From Candidatus Kuenenia stuttgartensis (GTDB lineage: Bacteria; Planctomycetota; Brocadiia; Brocadiales; Brocadiaceae): a stretch of 32,000 bases of DNA. Under the pieces are notes generated by a model. That model worked only from the letters and a program-made list of their open reading frames with translations, did not search any database and was not told the DNA's origin. Positions 17,248-24,563 of the stretch are shown piece after piece. Each line of letters begins with the position of its first letter. Positions within the stretch are counted from its first letter, which is position 1. Both the position numbers and the translations under genes were made by a program. The stretch is taken from NCBI RefSeq assembly GCF_900232105.1, contig NZ_LT934425.1, forward strand, positions 2,460,001 through 2,492,000. Reading direction: 5' to 3'.

Positions 17248-17511
17248 ATGCCTGTTAAATATGATATAGAAATACCAGAAAGAGTGATAAAAGCGCTTGG
17301 TTTGCGTGAAAGTGAAGTAAGTGAAACGCTAAAAAAAGAACTTTCAGTTTATTTTTTTGAAAAAAAACTTTTAAGTTTTGGTCAGGCAAGACAATTTTCA
17401 GGGTTATCAGTATGGGACTTTCTGGAATTTTTAAGAGAAAGGAAAATCCCTTTGCATTATGATTTGGCTGAGTATGAGGAAGATTTAGAAACAATCAGGG
17501 AATTATCATAA
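17248..17511 (+). CDS. UPF0175-family antitoxin
   Basis: MPVKYDIEIPERVIKALGLRESEVSETLKKELSVYFFEKKLLSFGQARQFSGLSVWDFLEFLRERKIP has the typical UPF0175 layout. Its stop overlaps the toxin ATG (TAATG). I prefer the ATG at 17248 to the track start at 17203. Confidence 0.7.
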   Translation: MPVKYDIEIPERVIKALGLRESEVSETLKKELSVYFFEKKLLSFGQARQFSGLSVWDFLEFLRERKIPLHYDLAEYEEDLETIRELS

Positions 17512-18014
17512 TGCCTGTTGTTATTTCCAATGCTTCTCCATTAATAGGACTTGTGGGAATTGAACAACTGCATATCTTAAGAAAATTATGGTCGGAAATA
17601 GTTATTCCTGAGGCTGTGTATAAGGAAGTTGTTGTAGAAGGAAGAGGAAAACAGGGAGCGAATGTAATAGAGGAGGCATGTAAAGAATGGATAAGAGTTG
17701 TTTCTGTGAAAAACAGGCCAGAAGTTGAAGTATTGCAGACCATTCTTGATGAAGGCGAAGCCGAAGTTATAACGCTGGGACAGGAGATTAAAAAAAGCAT
17801 TCTTTTACTTGACAACAGAGAGCCACGTAATTTTGCAAGGACTGTTAATCTGAAAATGATTGGCACAGTTGGTGTTATTAGATTTGCATGGACGAAAGGC
17901 TTAATAAAAGAACCAATCCATGAGATAAATAAGTTACGGTTGAACGGCTTCTGGATAGGCGAGAAACTTATTGAGCAGTTTAAAAAAGATGTAGAGAGTA
18001 AGATGTCATCCTGA
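17511..18014 (+). CDS. DUF3368-family PIN-like toxin
   Basis: 167 aa: VVISNASPLIGLVGIEQLHILRKLWSEIVIPEAVYKEV...DEGEAEVITLG...LLLDNREPR. DUF3368 is the usual partner of UPF0175. The last 9 codons come from R element copy 3. Confidence 0.7.
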   Translation: MPVVISNASPLIGLVGIEQLHILRKLWSEIVIPEAVYKEVVVEGRGKQGANVIEEACKEWIRVVSVKNRPEVEVLQTILDEGEAEVITLGQEIKKSILLLDNREPRNFARTVNLKMIGTVGVIRFAWTKGLIKEPIHEINKLRLNGFWIGEKLIEQFKKDVESKMSS

Positions 18015-18146
18015 TTTTTAATAAATCTTGCATGCTTGTCAGCTTGTCAGCCTGTTTTTGACCTTTGACCGCTCACGGCCAAACTGCCAACTGTTTATTA
18101 TCTAATCAACCATTTAACGTCTTAACGACTCAACCGTTCTAATGCA
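17988..18146 (+). repeat. R element copy 3 (overlaps 3' end of the PIN-like gene)
   Basis: Same sequence as copies 1 and 2, with an extra 8 nt (GGCCAAAC). Confidence 0.8.
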
Positions 18147-18174
18147 GACCTCTGACCTCTGACTTCAGGCCTCT
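18147..18174 (+). repeat. heptamer array, 4 units, immediately upstream of the four-helix-bundle gene
   Basis: gacctct gacctct gacttca ggcctct. Confidence 0.75.
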
Positions 18175-18181
18175 GGATAAT

Positions 18182-18562
18182 ATGAAAATTGAATCAGCTA
18201 AGGATTTGCGGGTGTATCAGAAAGCTTATGCACTTGCTATGGAACTGTTTGAACTTTCGAAAGAATTCCACTGTGAGGAGCGTTTTGCTCTTACAGATCA
18301 AATACGCCGATCATCAAGATCAGTCTGCGCCAACCTGAGAGAAGCTTGGGCAAAAAGGCGTTACCCTGCACATTTTGTAAGCAAACTTACAGACTGTGAC
18401 GGAGAAAACAGTGAAACAGATACATGGTTAGACTTTGCACGAGACTGCAACTACATTACGGACAAACATCATAAGGAGCTGACGTCTATTTGCTTAGAAG
18501 TTGGAAAAATGCTTGGGAGTATGATCAATAATCCAAAGCCGTTTCTGATCTCCGCCCCCTGA
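18182..18562 (+). CDS. four-helix-bundle protein (23S rRNA intervening-sequence protein family, Avd-like)
   Basis: 126 aa: LRVYQKAYALAMELFELSKEF..EERFALTDQIRRSSRSVCANLREAWAKRRYPAHFVSKL..DGENSETDTWLDFA is the family signature as I know it. The last 5 codons and the stop lie inside the downstream heptamer array. Confidence 0.8.
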   Translation: MKIESAKDLRVYQKAYALAMELFELSKEFHCEERFALTDQIRRSSRSVCANLREAWAKRRYPAHFVSKLTDCDGENSETDTWLDFARDCNYITDKHHKELTSICLEVGKMLGSMINNPKPFLISAP

Positions 18563-18630
18563 TCTCTGACCTCTGACCTCTGACCTCTGGTCTCTGGTCT
18601 CTGATCTCTGACTTCTGACCTATGACCTCA
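18547..18630 (+). repeat. heptamer array, 12 units (consensus GACCTCT)
   Basis: gatctcc gccccct gatctct gacctct gacctct gacctct ggtctct ggtctct gatctct gacttct gacctat gacctca, counted by hand. Confidence 0.9.
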
Positions 18631-18681
18631 GATTAAAACCAATTAACGAATCAAAAGATAAATGTTACAGAAAGAGCATCA

Positions 18682-19686
18682 ATGGAAATAATCAATCCAC
18701 ACGACAAATTTTTCAAAGAGACCTTTTCCATAAAGAAAAATGTAATCGATTTTCTCCAGGGAACATTTCCCCCTGAAATTTTGAAAAAGCTGGATTTATC
18801 CACTTTAACACAGGATAATAATTCATATATCGACGAAGAACTAAAAGAACATTTCTCAGACATTGTATATACCTGTTTCTGTAAAGACAAAGAACTCCGG
18901 ATAACCCTTTTATTCGAGCACAAGAGTTATGCCGTAGCATGTCCGTATCTACAGTTGATGAAATACCTTTTAAAGATATGGGAAGCAAACAGCAAGCAGT
19001 CACAAAGGCTCATGCCGGTAATTCCGGTGATATTGTATCATGGCAAAGATGCGTGGAAAGTCAGGAGATTCAGAGACTATTTTGAAGGGATAGACGAGGT
19101 ATTCTTTAGATTTATACCGGAATTTGAATATCTGCTGACGGATCTGAGTTGTTATAGTAATGAGGAAATAAAGGACAGGGCATTTAGAAGGGTATCCCTT
19201 CAAATAACCATGTTATTAATGAGGAATATATATAATGACAAAATTCTGGGAGACAAGCTAAAGGCATTCTTTGAAATAGGGAAGCAGTATTTTGAAGAGG
19301 GTGAAGGATTAAAGTTTCTGGAAAGTGTGATCAGGTATTTGTACTATGCGTCGGATATAGAGGAAGAAAGGGTAATAGATACCCTAAAAGAGATATCGGA
19401 AGAAGGAGGTAGATTAAGCATGACAATAGCAGCCAGATTAATAGAAAAAGGCAAAATGGCCGGTAGGGCGGAAGGTAAAGTAGAAGGTAAAGTAGAAGGT
19501 AGAGTAGAAGGCCGGATAGAAGGCCTAAAAGAAGCGATAGAGATTGGTTTGGAGCTAAAGTATGGCGTTGAAGGTTTAAGGCTTCTGGAACGTATCAGTA
19601 AAATAGTAGTAATAGAGAAACTGGAGGCAATAAAAGAGGCGGTGAAAATATCAAAGAATATGGAAGAAATTGAAAAATTGCTCTAA
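18682..19686 (+). CDS. Rpn-family recombination-promoting nuclease / putative transposase (PD-(D/E)xK, YhgA-like)
   Basis: 334 aa. N-terminal PHDKFFKETF, then FSDIVY...LLFEHKS (the D...E-x-K nuclease core). The C-terminal helical region has EGKVEGKVEGRVEGRIEG repeats typical of this family. Confidence 0.8.
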   Translation: MEIINPHDKFFKETFSIKKNVIDFLQGTFPPEILKKLDLSTLTQDNNSYIDEELKEHFSDIVYTCFCKDKELRITLLFEHKSYAVACPYLQLMKYLLKIWEANSKQSQRLMPVIPVILYHGKDAWKVRRFRDYFEGIDEVFFRFIPEFEYLLTDLSCYSNEEIKDRAFRRVSLQITMLLMRNIYNDKILGDKLKAFFEIGKQYFEEGEGLKFLESVIRYLYYASDIEEERVIDTLKEISEEGGRLSMTIAARLIEKGKMAGRAEGKVEGKVEGRVEGRIEGLKEAIEIGLELKYGVEGLRLLERISKIVVIEKLEAIKEAVKISKNMEEIEKLL

Positions 19687-19937
19687 CATGAAAAACTCAT
19701 ATCGTAACAATTTAGCTTGCCGCAGAGAACGCTGGGACTTCGTCGTGAGCTCAATCGAACAATCGCAGAGGTTTTTAGGAGATAAAAACAGAAAATTATG
19801 CAGGTGCCCACGGGTATTTGTTTTCTCCGTGTTATCCGCGCCCTTTACGGTGAACTATTACCTCATATCTTATCCATGAAATATGGAAAAGAACTAAATT
19901 CACTGGTCAACTCATTAGAAAAAAAGACTCGACCGCA

Positions 19938-20007
19938 GACCTCCGACTTCTGCCCTCCGACCCCTGACTTCCGACTTCTGACTTCTAGTCTCTGCCCTCT
20001 GACTTCC
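19938..20007 (+). repeat. heptamer array, 10 degenerate units
   Basis: gacctcc gacttct gccctcc gacccct gacttcc gacttct gacttct agtctct gccctct gacttcc. Confidence 0.85.
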
Positions 20008-20095
20008 GGGTGTATCAGAAAGCTTATGCACTTGCTATGGAACTGTTTGAACTTTCGAAAGAATTCCCCTGTGAGGAGCGTTTTGCTCTTACAGA
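20007..20095 (+). pseudogene. four-helix-bundle gene fragment (codons about 10-39 only)
   Basis: CGGGTGTATCAGAAAGCTTATGCACTTGCTATGGAACTGTTTGAACTTTCGAAAGAATTCC.CTGTGAGGAGCGTTTTGCTCTTACAGA equals 18209-18297. Its 5' side abuts the heptamer array and its 3' side is cut by the small element at 20096. Confidence 0.85.
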
Positions 20096-20157
20096 GTAAC
20101 TGTTCAGCGTAAATATTATCGTTTAATACCGACTTGCTCCCAAACTCCGGTTTCTCG
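20096..20157. repeat. small insertion-type repeat, short form (partner 13002-13107)
   Basis: Starts GTAACTGTTCAGCGTA and ends AAACTCCGGTTTCTCG. It truncates the four-helix-bundle fragment. Confidence 0.6.
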
Positions 20158-20309
20158 TACATCGTTTCGTTAAAATGTGTACGTAAAAAATGTCATTGCG
20201 AGGAGTGGAGCGACGAAGCAATCTCTTGTTCCCAAAAGACTTAAGATTGCTTCGCTGTCGCTCGCAATGACGGTATCAATGTAGATATTCTAATGAAACG
20301 CTATACTAG
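20157..20309. repeat. 153-nt hairpin repeat, copy 2
   Basis: Partner of 4513-4665. The stem at 20193-20270 (TCATTGCGAG...CGACGAAGCAATCT / AGATTGCTTCG...CTCGCAATGA) pairs perfectly at both ends. Confidence 0.85.
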
Positions 20310-20453
20310 ATTTAAAAATCCAGTAGATATTAAAACTTTTGTTGCTAATGGTAAAAGGAAGGCCGAAAGCTGAACTGAAAAAGATTCCTTTTAGTTCTGG
20401 GGACACCATACATAAATTATTGACTTCATTATTAAAATAGTTAAGAGGTGTTC

Positions 20454-21290
20454 ATGTCCAGAATTGCGCATATGGTAGTTCCGGAAACGCCACATCATAT
20501 TACTCAACGAGGAAGTCGACATTTGCAGGCATTCTTCTGCGACTAGGATTGTGAGGCTACATATACTTGATGTCTCAGTGGTGTAGGCGCTGGGACATTG
20601 AAATATGTGCATATTGCTTGCTACCAAACCATGTACACCTGATTGGGGTCCGTCCTCTGGAAATGCGCTTAGTCAGGCGATTGGATAAGTGCATCGACGC
20701 TACACAAGTCGCGTAAACTTCCGGGAAGGCTGGAGAGGGCGCCTGTCACAAGGACGTTTTGCCTCTTCCTTAATAGACAAAACCCATTTGTACTTAGCCG
20801 CACGCTATGTTGAACTGAATCCGGTGAGAGCAAAATTAGTTAAGAAACTACAGGAGTACCGATGGAGTAGTGCACCGGCACACATTGCTGGGAGGTGCAT
20901 TCCCGATTTTTTGTAATTATCTGCACAATGTAACACAAGCATACTGCTTGTGATATTTAATACACAAGCTGCCTGCCTATACGGGTTGGCACAGGCATTT
21001 TGCCTGTGCGAAATACAGGCAGGAATGACTGTACCACCCTTGCTGGGAGAGATGACCGTCTTGTGCATGTAGAGCCGTTGCTTGAGATGTTTGGCAAGTG
21101 GGACGATTTTCTTACCAGCGGTCTATCGGAAGAAGAAGTCGAAGAGGTTAGATGTCATGAACGAACCGGAAGACTTCCTGGCGCTAACAGTTTTTTAGTC
21201 CAGCTTGAAAATGCCCATGGAAGAATACTCCATAAGCAAAAACCTGGCCCAAAGAGGTCTCAAAAGGAAAAGAAGCCTCTCCTGAATTAA
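20454..21290 (+). pseudogene. RAYT / IS200-like Y1 transposase, dead copy C
   Basis: Shares the TAG (FFCD*) and the adjacent 1-nt deletion with copy A. A 146-bp insertion sits at 20894-21039. The tail ...GANSFLVQLENAHGRILHKQKPGPKRSQKEKKPLLN* is intact and has no MITE. Inverted repeats at 20399-20411 and 21291-21302. Confidence 0.85.
20894..21039. mobile_element. 146-bp insertion with 9-bp target duplication TTGCTGGGA
   Basis: Direct repeats at 20885-20893 and 21040-21048; copy B has the uninterrupted site. The left end is GGTGCATTCCCGATTTTTTGT (MITE-type TIR). The right end is different, a hairpin-containing ...GCCTGTGCGAAATACAGGCAGGAATGACTGTACCACCC. Confidence 0.75.
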
Positions 21291-21330
21291 GTATGATGTC
21301 CCTGTAATTCCCAATGCTATTGCTGAACTT

Positions 21331-21552
21331 TTGAATAAAGAGCCTGAATTAAGGGAGAAATTGATAGTAGGCGCCTATATTGACGGAGAGATAAATCCTG
21401 GAAAAGCGGCAGAACTATTGGGGATTCACCCGGTTAAGCTGAGAGGGCAACTTTTATCAAAAGGCATACCTGTCAGGATAGGTGTAGAAACGATAGAAGA
21501 AATAGTAGCCGAAGGGATAGCTGCAAGAGGTACCAGGGAAAGTGCTGAATGA
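21331..21552 (+). CDS. UPF0175-like antitoxin, probably N-terminally clipped
   Basis: LIVGAYIDGEINPGKAAELLGIHPVKLRGQLLSKGIPV fits the UPF0175 HTH region. The frame is open upstream to the RAYT right end (IPNAIAELL...) with no ATG, and the track start is TTG. Confidence 0.45.
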   Translation: MNKEPELREKLIVGAYIDGEINPGKAAELLGIHPVKLRGQLLSKGIPVRIGVETIEEIVAEGIAARGTRESAE

Positions 21553-21557
21553 TACTT

Positions 21558-21748
21558 ATGGACAACAATGTCCTGTCAAACTTTGCCCTGATAGGAGAGA
21601 TAAACCTTCTACAAGACTACAGTTTGCTGAGAATGTGGATATTCAGACAGAGGAATTTTGTGAAGATATGGCTGCCAAAAAAATAGAATATGTCATAATG
21701 ATTGTAATCAACGATAGATACAGACATCGGCATATTCATGAGACATGA
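21558..21748 (+). pseudogene. PIN-like toxin 5' remnant
   Basis: MDNNVLSNFALIGEINLLQDYS resembles the first strand and helix of PIN toxins. The frame then breaks and the rest of the domain is absent. Confidence 0.3.
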
Positions 21749-21953
21749 GGGAGGAAAGATAGTATTTTTCAGGGTACCATATAAGACAAGAATTAATGAT
21801 AAATGGTGTCCTGTTGTCAGATATGATACTGCTCGTGGATTTGTACATGGGGATTTGATGAGTGTCAATGGAGATGTAAAGAAAACACCTTTATTTAATC
21901 AAGACAATAACAGTGCATTAACTTTTGCTGAAAATGATCTAAAATCTAATTGA
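21738..21953 (+). CDS. small protein of unrecognised family, possibly prematurely terminated
   Basis: 71-aa ORF (VVRYDTARGFVHGD). After TGA 21951-21953 the same frame stays open for 11 more codons to TGA 21987-21989, which overlaps the ATG of the next gene. Confidence 0.35.
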   Translation: MRHEGGKIVFFRVPYKTRINDKWCPVVRYDTARGFVHGDLMSVNGDVKKTPLFNQDNNSALTFAENDLKSN

Positions 21954-21988
21954 GAGTATTACAAAAAGAGATTTTTGGAGGAGGGGTG

Positions 21989-22267
21989 ATGTGCAAGGAA
22001 AAAGAAATGATAGAGCGCAATATTGAGCTAAGCGCTGAGTTTAGCAGGTATTTGTTTGAACATCCGGAAGTTGAAACAAAGATACCACTGGATGCAAAGG
22101 TTGTGCTTTTGCCTGAATTTGACAAAGAATTAAAGAGATTTAATCTTCAATTGGGAAAAAACATCGAAGCGGATGGTGGGCGGGTGGTATATATACTGAT
22201 CAAAAATATTCGCCCTAAGGTTTTGTCAAGAATAGAAAAAATAGAATTTGAACCTGTTGCGAATTAA
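21989..22267 (+). CDS. small protein, DUF5647-like (from memory)
   Basis: ATG at 21989 follows GGAGGAGGGG. The product MCKEKEMIERNIELSAEFSRYLFEHPEVETKIPLDAKVVLLPEFDKELKRFNLQLGK resembles that family. The track start at 21950 is less likely. Confidence 0.4.
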   Translation: MCKEKEMIERNIELSAEFSRYLFEHPEVETKIPLDAKVVLLPEFDKELKRFNLQLGKNIEADGGRVVYILIKNIRPKVLSRIEKIEFEPVAN

Positions 22268-22543
22268 GTGTTTTTCTCCATAGAGAAAATCTTAGAGGGG
22301 CTTCTCTGTGATAGATAAAAAGAGAATTGTAGAGAAAAGCGGCATGCTTGGCTTTGAAAAACACGAGGTGGAAAATGAAACTGCTGCTTATAAATCCATA
22401 TTTTGAATGGACGTGTTTATACGCCATCCATTGTCTTCTTGTCCTGGCTATCACATTAAAGATGCTGTTTTGAAATTAATTCAAGTAGTTTTGGAACGGG
22501 AAAAGAAGAAAAAGACGTAGGACTAAAAAAGGGGAGATATTCT

Positions 22544-22705
22544 ATGAGATGGGATGAATTTATAAGGGGAATTAAGAGGTTCTGTGGTTTTTTGCAAGAC
22601 CAGGTTGAGAAGGGGGAAAATAATCTTTTGAAATTTTGTGCCCCTTGCGTCTTTGCGTGGAACAATTTTCTCTTCCGGCTCGTTCGGGTTAGGCCATCTA
22701 AATGA
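22544..22705 (+). CDS. 53-codon ORF translationally coupled to the ABC exporter (hypothetical)
   Basis: ATG 22544 lies 8 nt after GGGGAG. Its stop TGA 22703-22705 overlaps the ABC start ATG 22702 (ATGA). The product is MRWDEFIRGIKRFCGFLQDQVEKGENNLLKFCAPCVFAWNNFLFRLVRVRPSK. There is no homology evidence. Confidence 0.2.
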   Translation: MRWDEFIRGIKRFCGFLQDQVEKGENNLLKFCAPCVFAWNNFLFRLVRVRPSK

Positions 22706-24558
22706 AAACTATTTTTTCTAAATTTTTATATTTATTTAACCGCAGAGAAAAGCTACAGATATTTGCCCTGTTTATTTTAATACTTGTAAGCGCCTTATTT
22801 GAGACATTTGGGGTGGGGCTAATGTACCCCTTTATTTCGATACTTAAAAATCCGGAAGTTATCCACTCTTATAGAATCTTGCATTGGTTTTATGTTTTCA
22901 TGGGTATGGGGTCCTTGAAAGAATTCTTAATTTGGGCTGTAATAGGATTGATTGCATTTTATTTACTCAAAAATGTCTTCCTGGTTTTATTGGCTTATGC
23001 ACAATCAAGATTCATTTATAATAAACAGATATTGTTTGCCCACCGTTTATTTGTTTTCTATCTTAATCAGCCCTATACCTTTCATGTGCAAAGGAATACC
23101 GCAGAATTATTGCATAAAATCAACGTTACGGTTTCTACGCTTTTTAGTGGTTTTCTGCTTTATGCGATAATGTTCGTGATTGAAATAATAACTACTCTGT
23201 CTATCCTTTGCCTACTCATTATATTAAAACCACTGCCGTCTATAATTGCAGTAAGCGTGTTGGGCATTATTACAATTTTTTTTTATAAGTTAATTCGGAA
23301 AAAGATCGGGAAGCTCGGTGAGATGAGGCATCATTTCGGCGAACAGATGGTCCGCTGGGTTACTCAGGGTTTGGGCGGGATAAAGGAAACCAAGGTGCTG
23401 GGGAGGGAAGGGTTCTTTGCTAATGAATACAATAAAAACAGCAAGGGATATGTTAATGCAGAAAGATTTCTCTATGTGATTAATCAACTCCCTCGCCCAT
23501 TTCTGGAGACGATATGCATTTTGAGTATGTTCCTGATAATGCTATTAATGATGGCTCAGAATAAAGATTTGGGATCGATCATACCCACATTGTCATTATT
23601 TGCAATGGCTGCTTTTCGAATCATACCATCTATGAACCGCATCTTTGCAGCCGCCACACTGATGCGCTACAACAGTTCTTCGGTTGAAATAGTTTATAAT
23701 GAACTCACTTCCTTCGATAAACATCCTGCTTCATTTGAAAGGGCGCCTGCTGATGTTATTGCAAAAACAGTGGACAAACCAAAAACTCCTGCTGTTTCCT
23801 TTCCCGCAGGAGAGTCCTTCTTTGATAATGCAATAGAGCTTAAGAACGTTTCCTATCAATATCCCAATACTGAGAAGGCTGTTCTTAACGGTATTTCGCT
23901 CGTAATTCCAAAGCACTATTCTATCGGATTTGTTGGTCCATCGGGGGCGGGTAAGACTACTCTTGTGGATGTGATTATCGGCCTGCTTACGCCAACACAT
24001 GGAGAGGTATTGGTCGATGGTAAAATTATGAAAGATAATTTATCAGATTGGCAACGCCGAATAGGTTACATTCCACAGAGCATATATCTCTCCGATGACA
24101 CCATTCGGCGGAACATAGCTTTTGGTTTGCCTGATGAACAAATCGATGAGGATCAAATCTGGTCGGTTCTTGAATCTGCGCAACTTAAGGAATTCGTTAA
24201 TAATCTACCTGATAAACTTGGTACTTTTGTAGGGGAGCGGGGCATTCGTCTTTCAGGTGGCCAACGGCAACGCATAGGTATTGCCAGGGCATTGTATCGT
24301 AATCCTGAGGTGCTGGTGATGGATGAGGGCACTGCTTCATTGGATAACGAAACGGAATGGGAAATTATGCAGACAGTAAAAAACCTACGTGGGGAAAAAA
24401 CAACAATAATTATTGCGCACCGTTTAAGTACTATAAAAAATTGCAATCTGCTTTATTTCATAAAAGATGGTACTATTACTGACTATGGGGTGTATGACGA
24501 ATTGTTCGATAAAAGCCAGGAGTTTAAATCGATGGTTATGGCAACGGAGTACAAATAG
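22702..24558 (+). CDS. ABC exporter, fused permease/ATPase (MsbA-type fold)
   Basis: 618 aa. A six-TM exporter domain is followed by an NBD with Walker A GPSGAGKTT, signature LSGGQRQR, Walker B VLVMDEGTASLD and H-loop IIIAHRL. Confidence 0.85.
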   Translation: MKTIFSKFLYLFNRREKLQIFALFILILVSALFETFGVGLMYPFISILKNPEVIHSYRILHWFYVFMGMGSLKEFLIWAVIGLIAFYLLKNVFLVLLAYAQSRFIYNKQILFAHRLFVFYLNQPYTFHVQRNTAELLHKINVTVSTLFSGFLLYAIMFVIEIITTLSILCLLIILKPLPSIIAVSVLGIITIFFYKLIRKKIGKLGEMRHHFGEQMVRWVTQGLGGIKETKVLGREGFFANEYNKNSKGYVNAERFLYVINQLPRPFLETICILSMFLIMLLMMAQNKDLGSIIPTLSLFAMAAFRIIPSMNRIFAAATLMRYNSSSVEIVYNELTSFDKHPASFERAPADVIAKTVDKPKTPAVSFPAGESFFDNAIELKNVSYQYPNTEKAVLNGISLVIPKHYSIGFVGPSGAGKTTLVDVIIGLLTPTHGEVLVDGKIMKDNLSDWQRRIGYIPQSIYLSDDTIRRNIAFGLPDEQIDEDQIWSVLESAQLKEFVNNLPDKLGTFVGERGIRLSGGQRQRIGIARALYRNPEVLVMDEGTASLDNETEWEIMQTVKNLRGEKTTIIIAHRLSTIKNCNLLYFIKDGTITDYGVYDELFDKSQEFKSMVMATEYK

Positions 24559-24563
24559 AATTC

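Larger units (their letters stand above)
16775..17690 (+). repeat. segmental duplication, intact copy (partner 6989-7777)
   Basis: See 6989-7777. This copy keeps both TA genes intact and has a longer heptamer-derived spacer (17149-17215). Confidence 0.85.

Noticed and set aside
18182-18562. Four-helix-bundle gene as the Avd component of a diversity-generating retroelement
   Set aside because: Avd proteins belong to this fold family. However, no reverse transcriptase ORF and no template/variable repeat pair with adenine-specific differences is visible anywhere in the window.
18547-18630. Heptamer arrays as a possible CRISPR array
   Set aside because: The units are 7 nt and contiguous with no spacers, and no cas genes are nearby. 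These are simple tandem repeats.
19465-19520. 12-nt tandem repeat GAAGGTAAAGTA/GAAGGTAGAGTA inside the Rpn gene
   Set aside because: It is in frame and encodes EGKVEGKVEGRVEGRIEG. Such repeats are a common feature of the C-terminal region of Rpn/YhgA-like proteins, so it is not an independent element.
22375-22473. 32-codon ORF MKLLLINPYFEW... with an RBS, reminiscent of the N-terminus of B12-radical SAM proteins (possible gene remnant upstream of the glycan cluster)
   Set aside because: Only about 10 residues resemble the family, which is too short to distinguish from chance.
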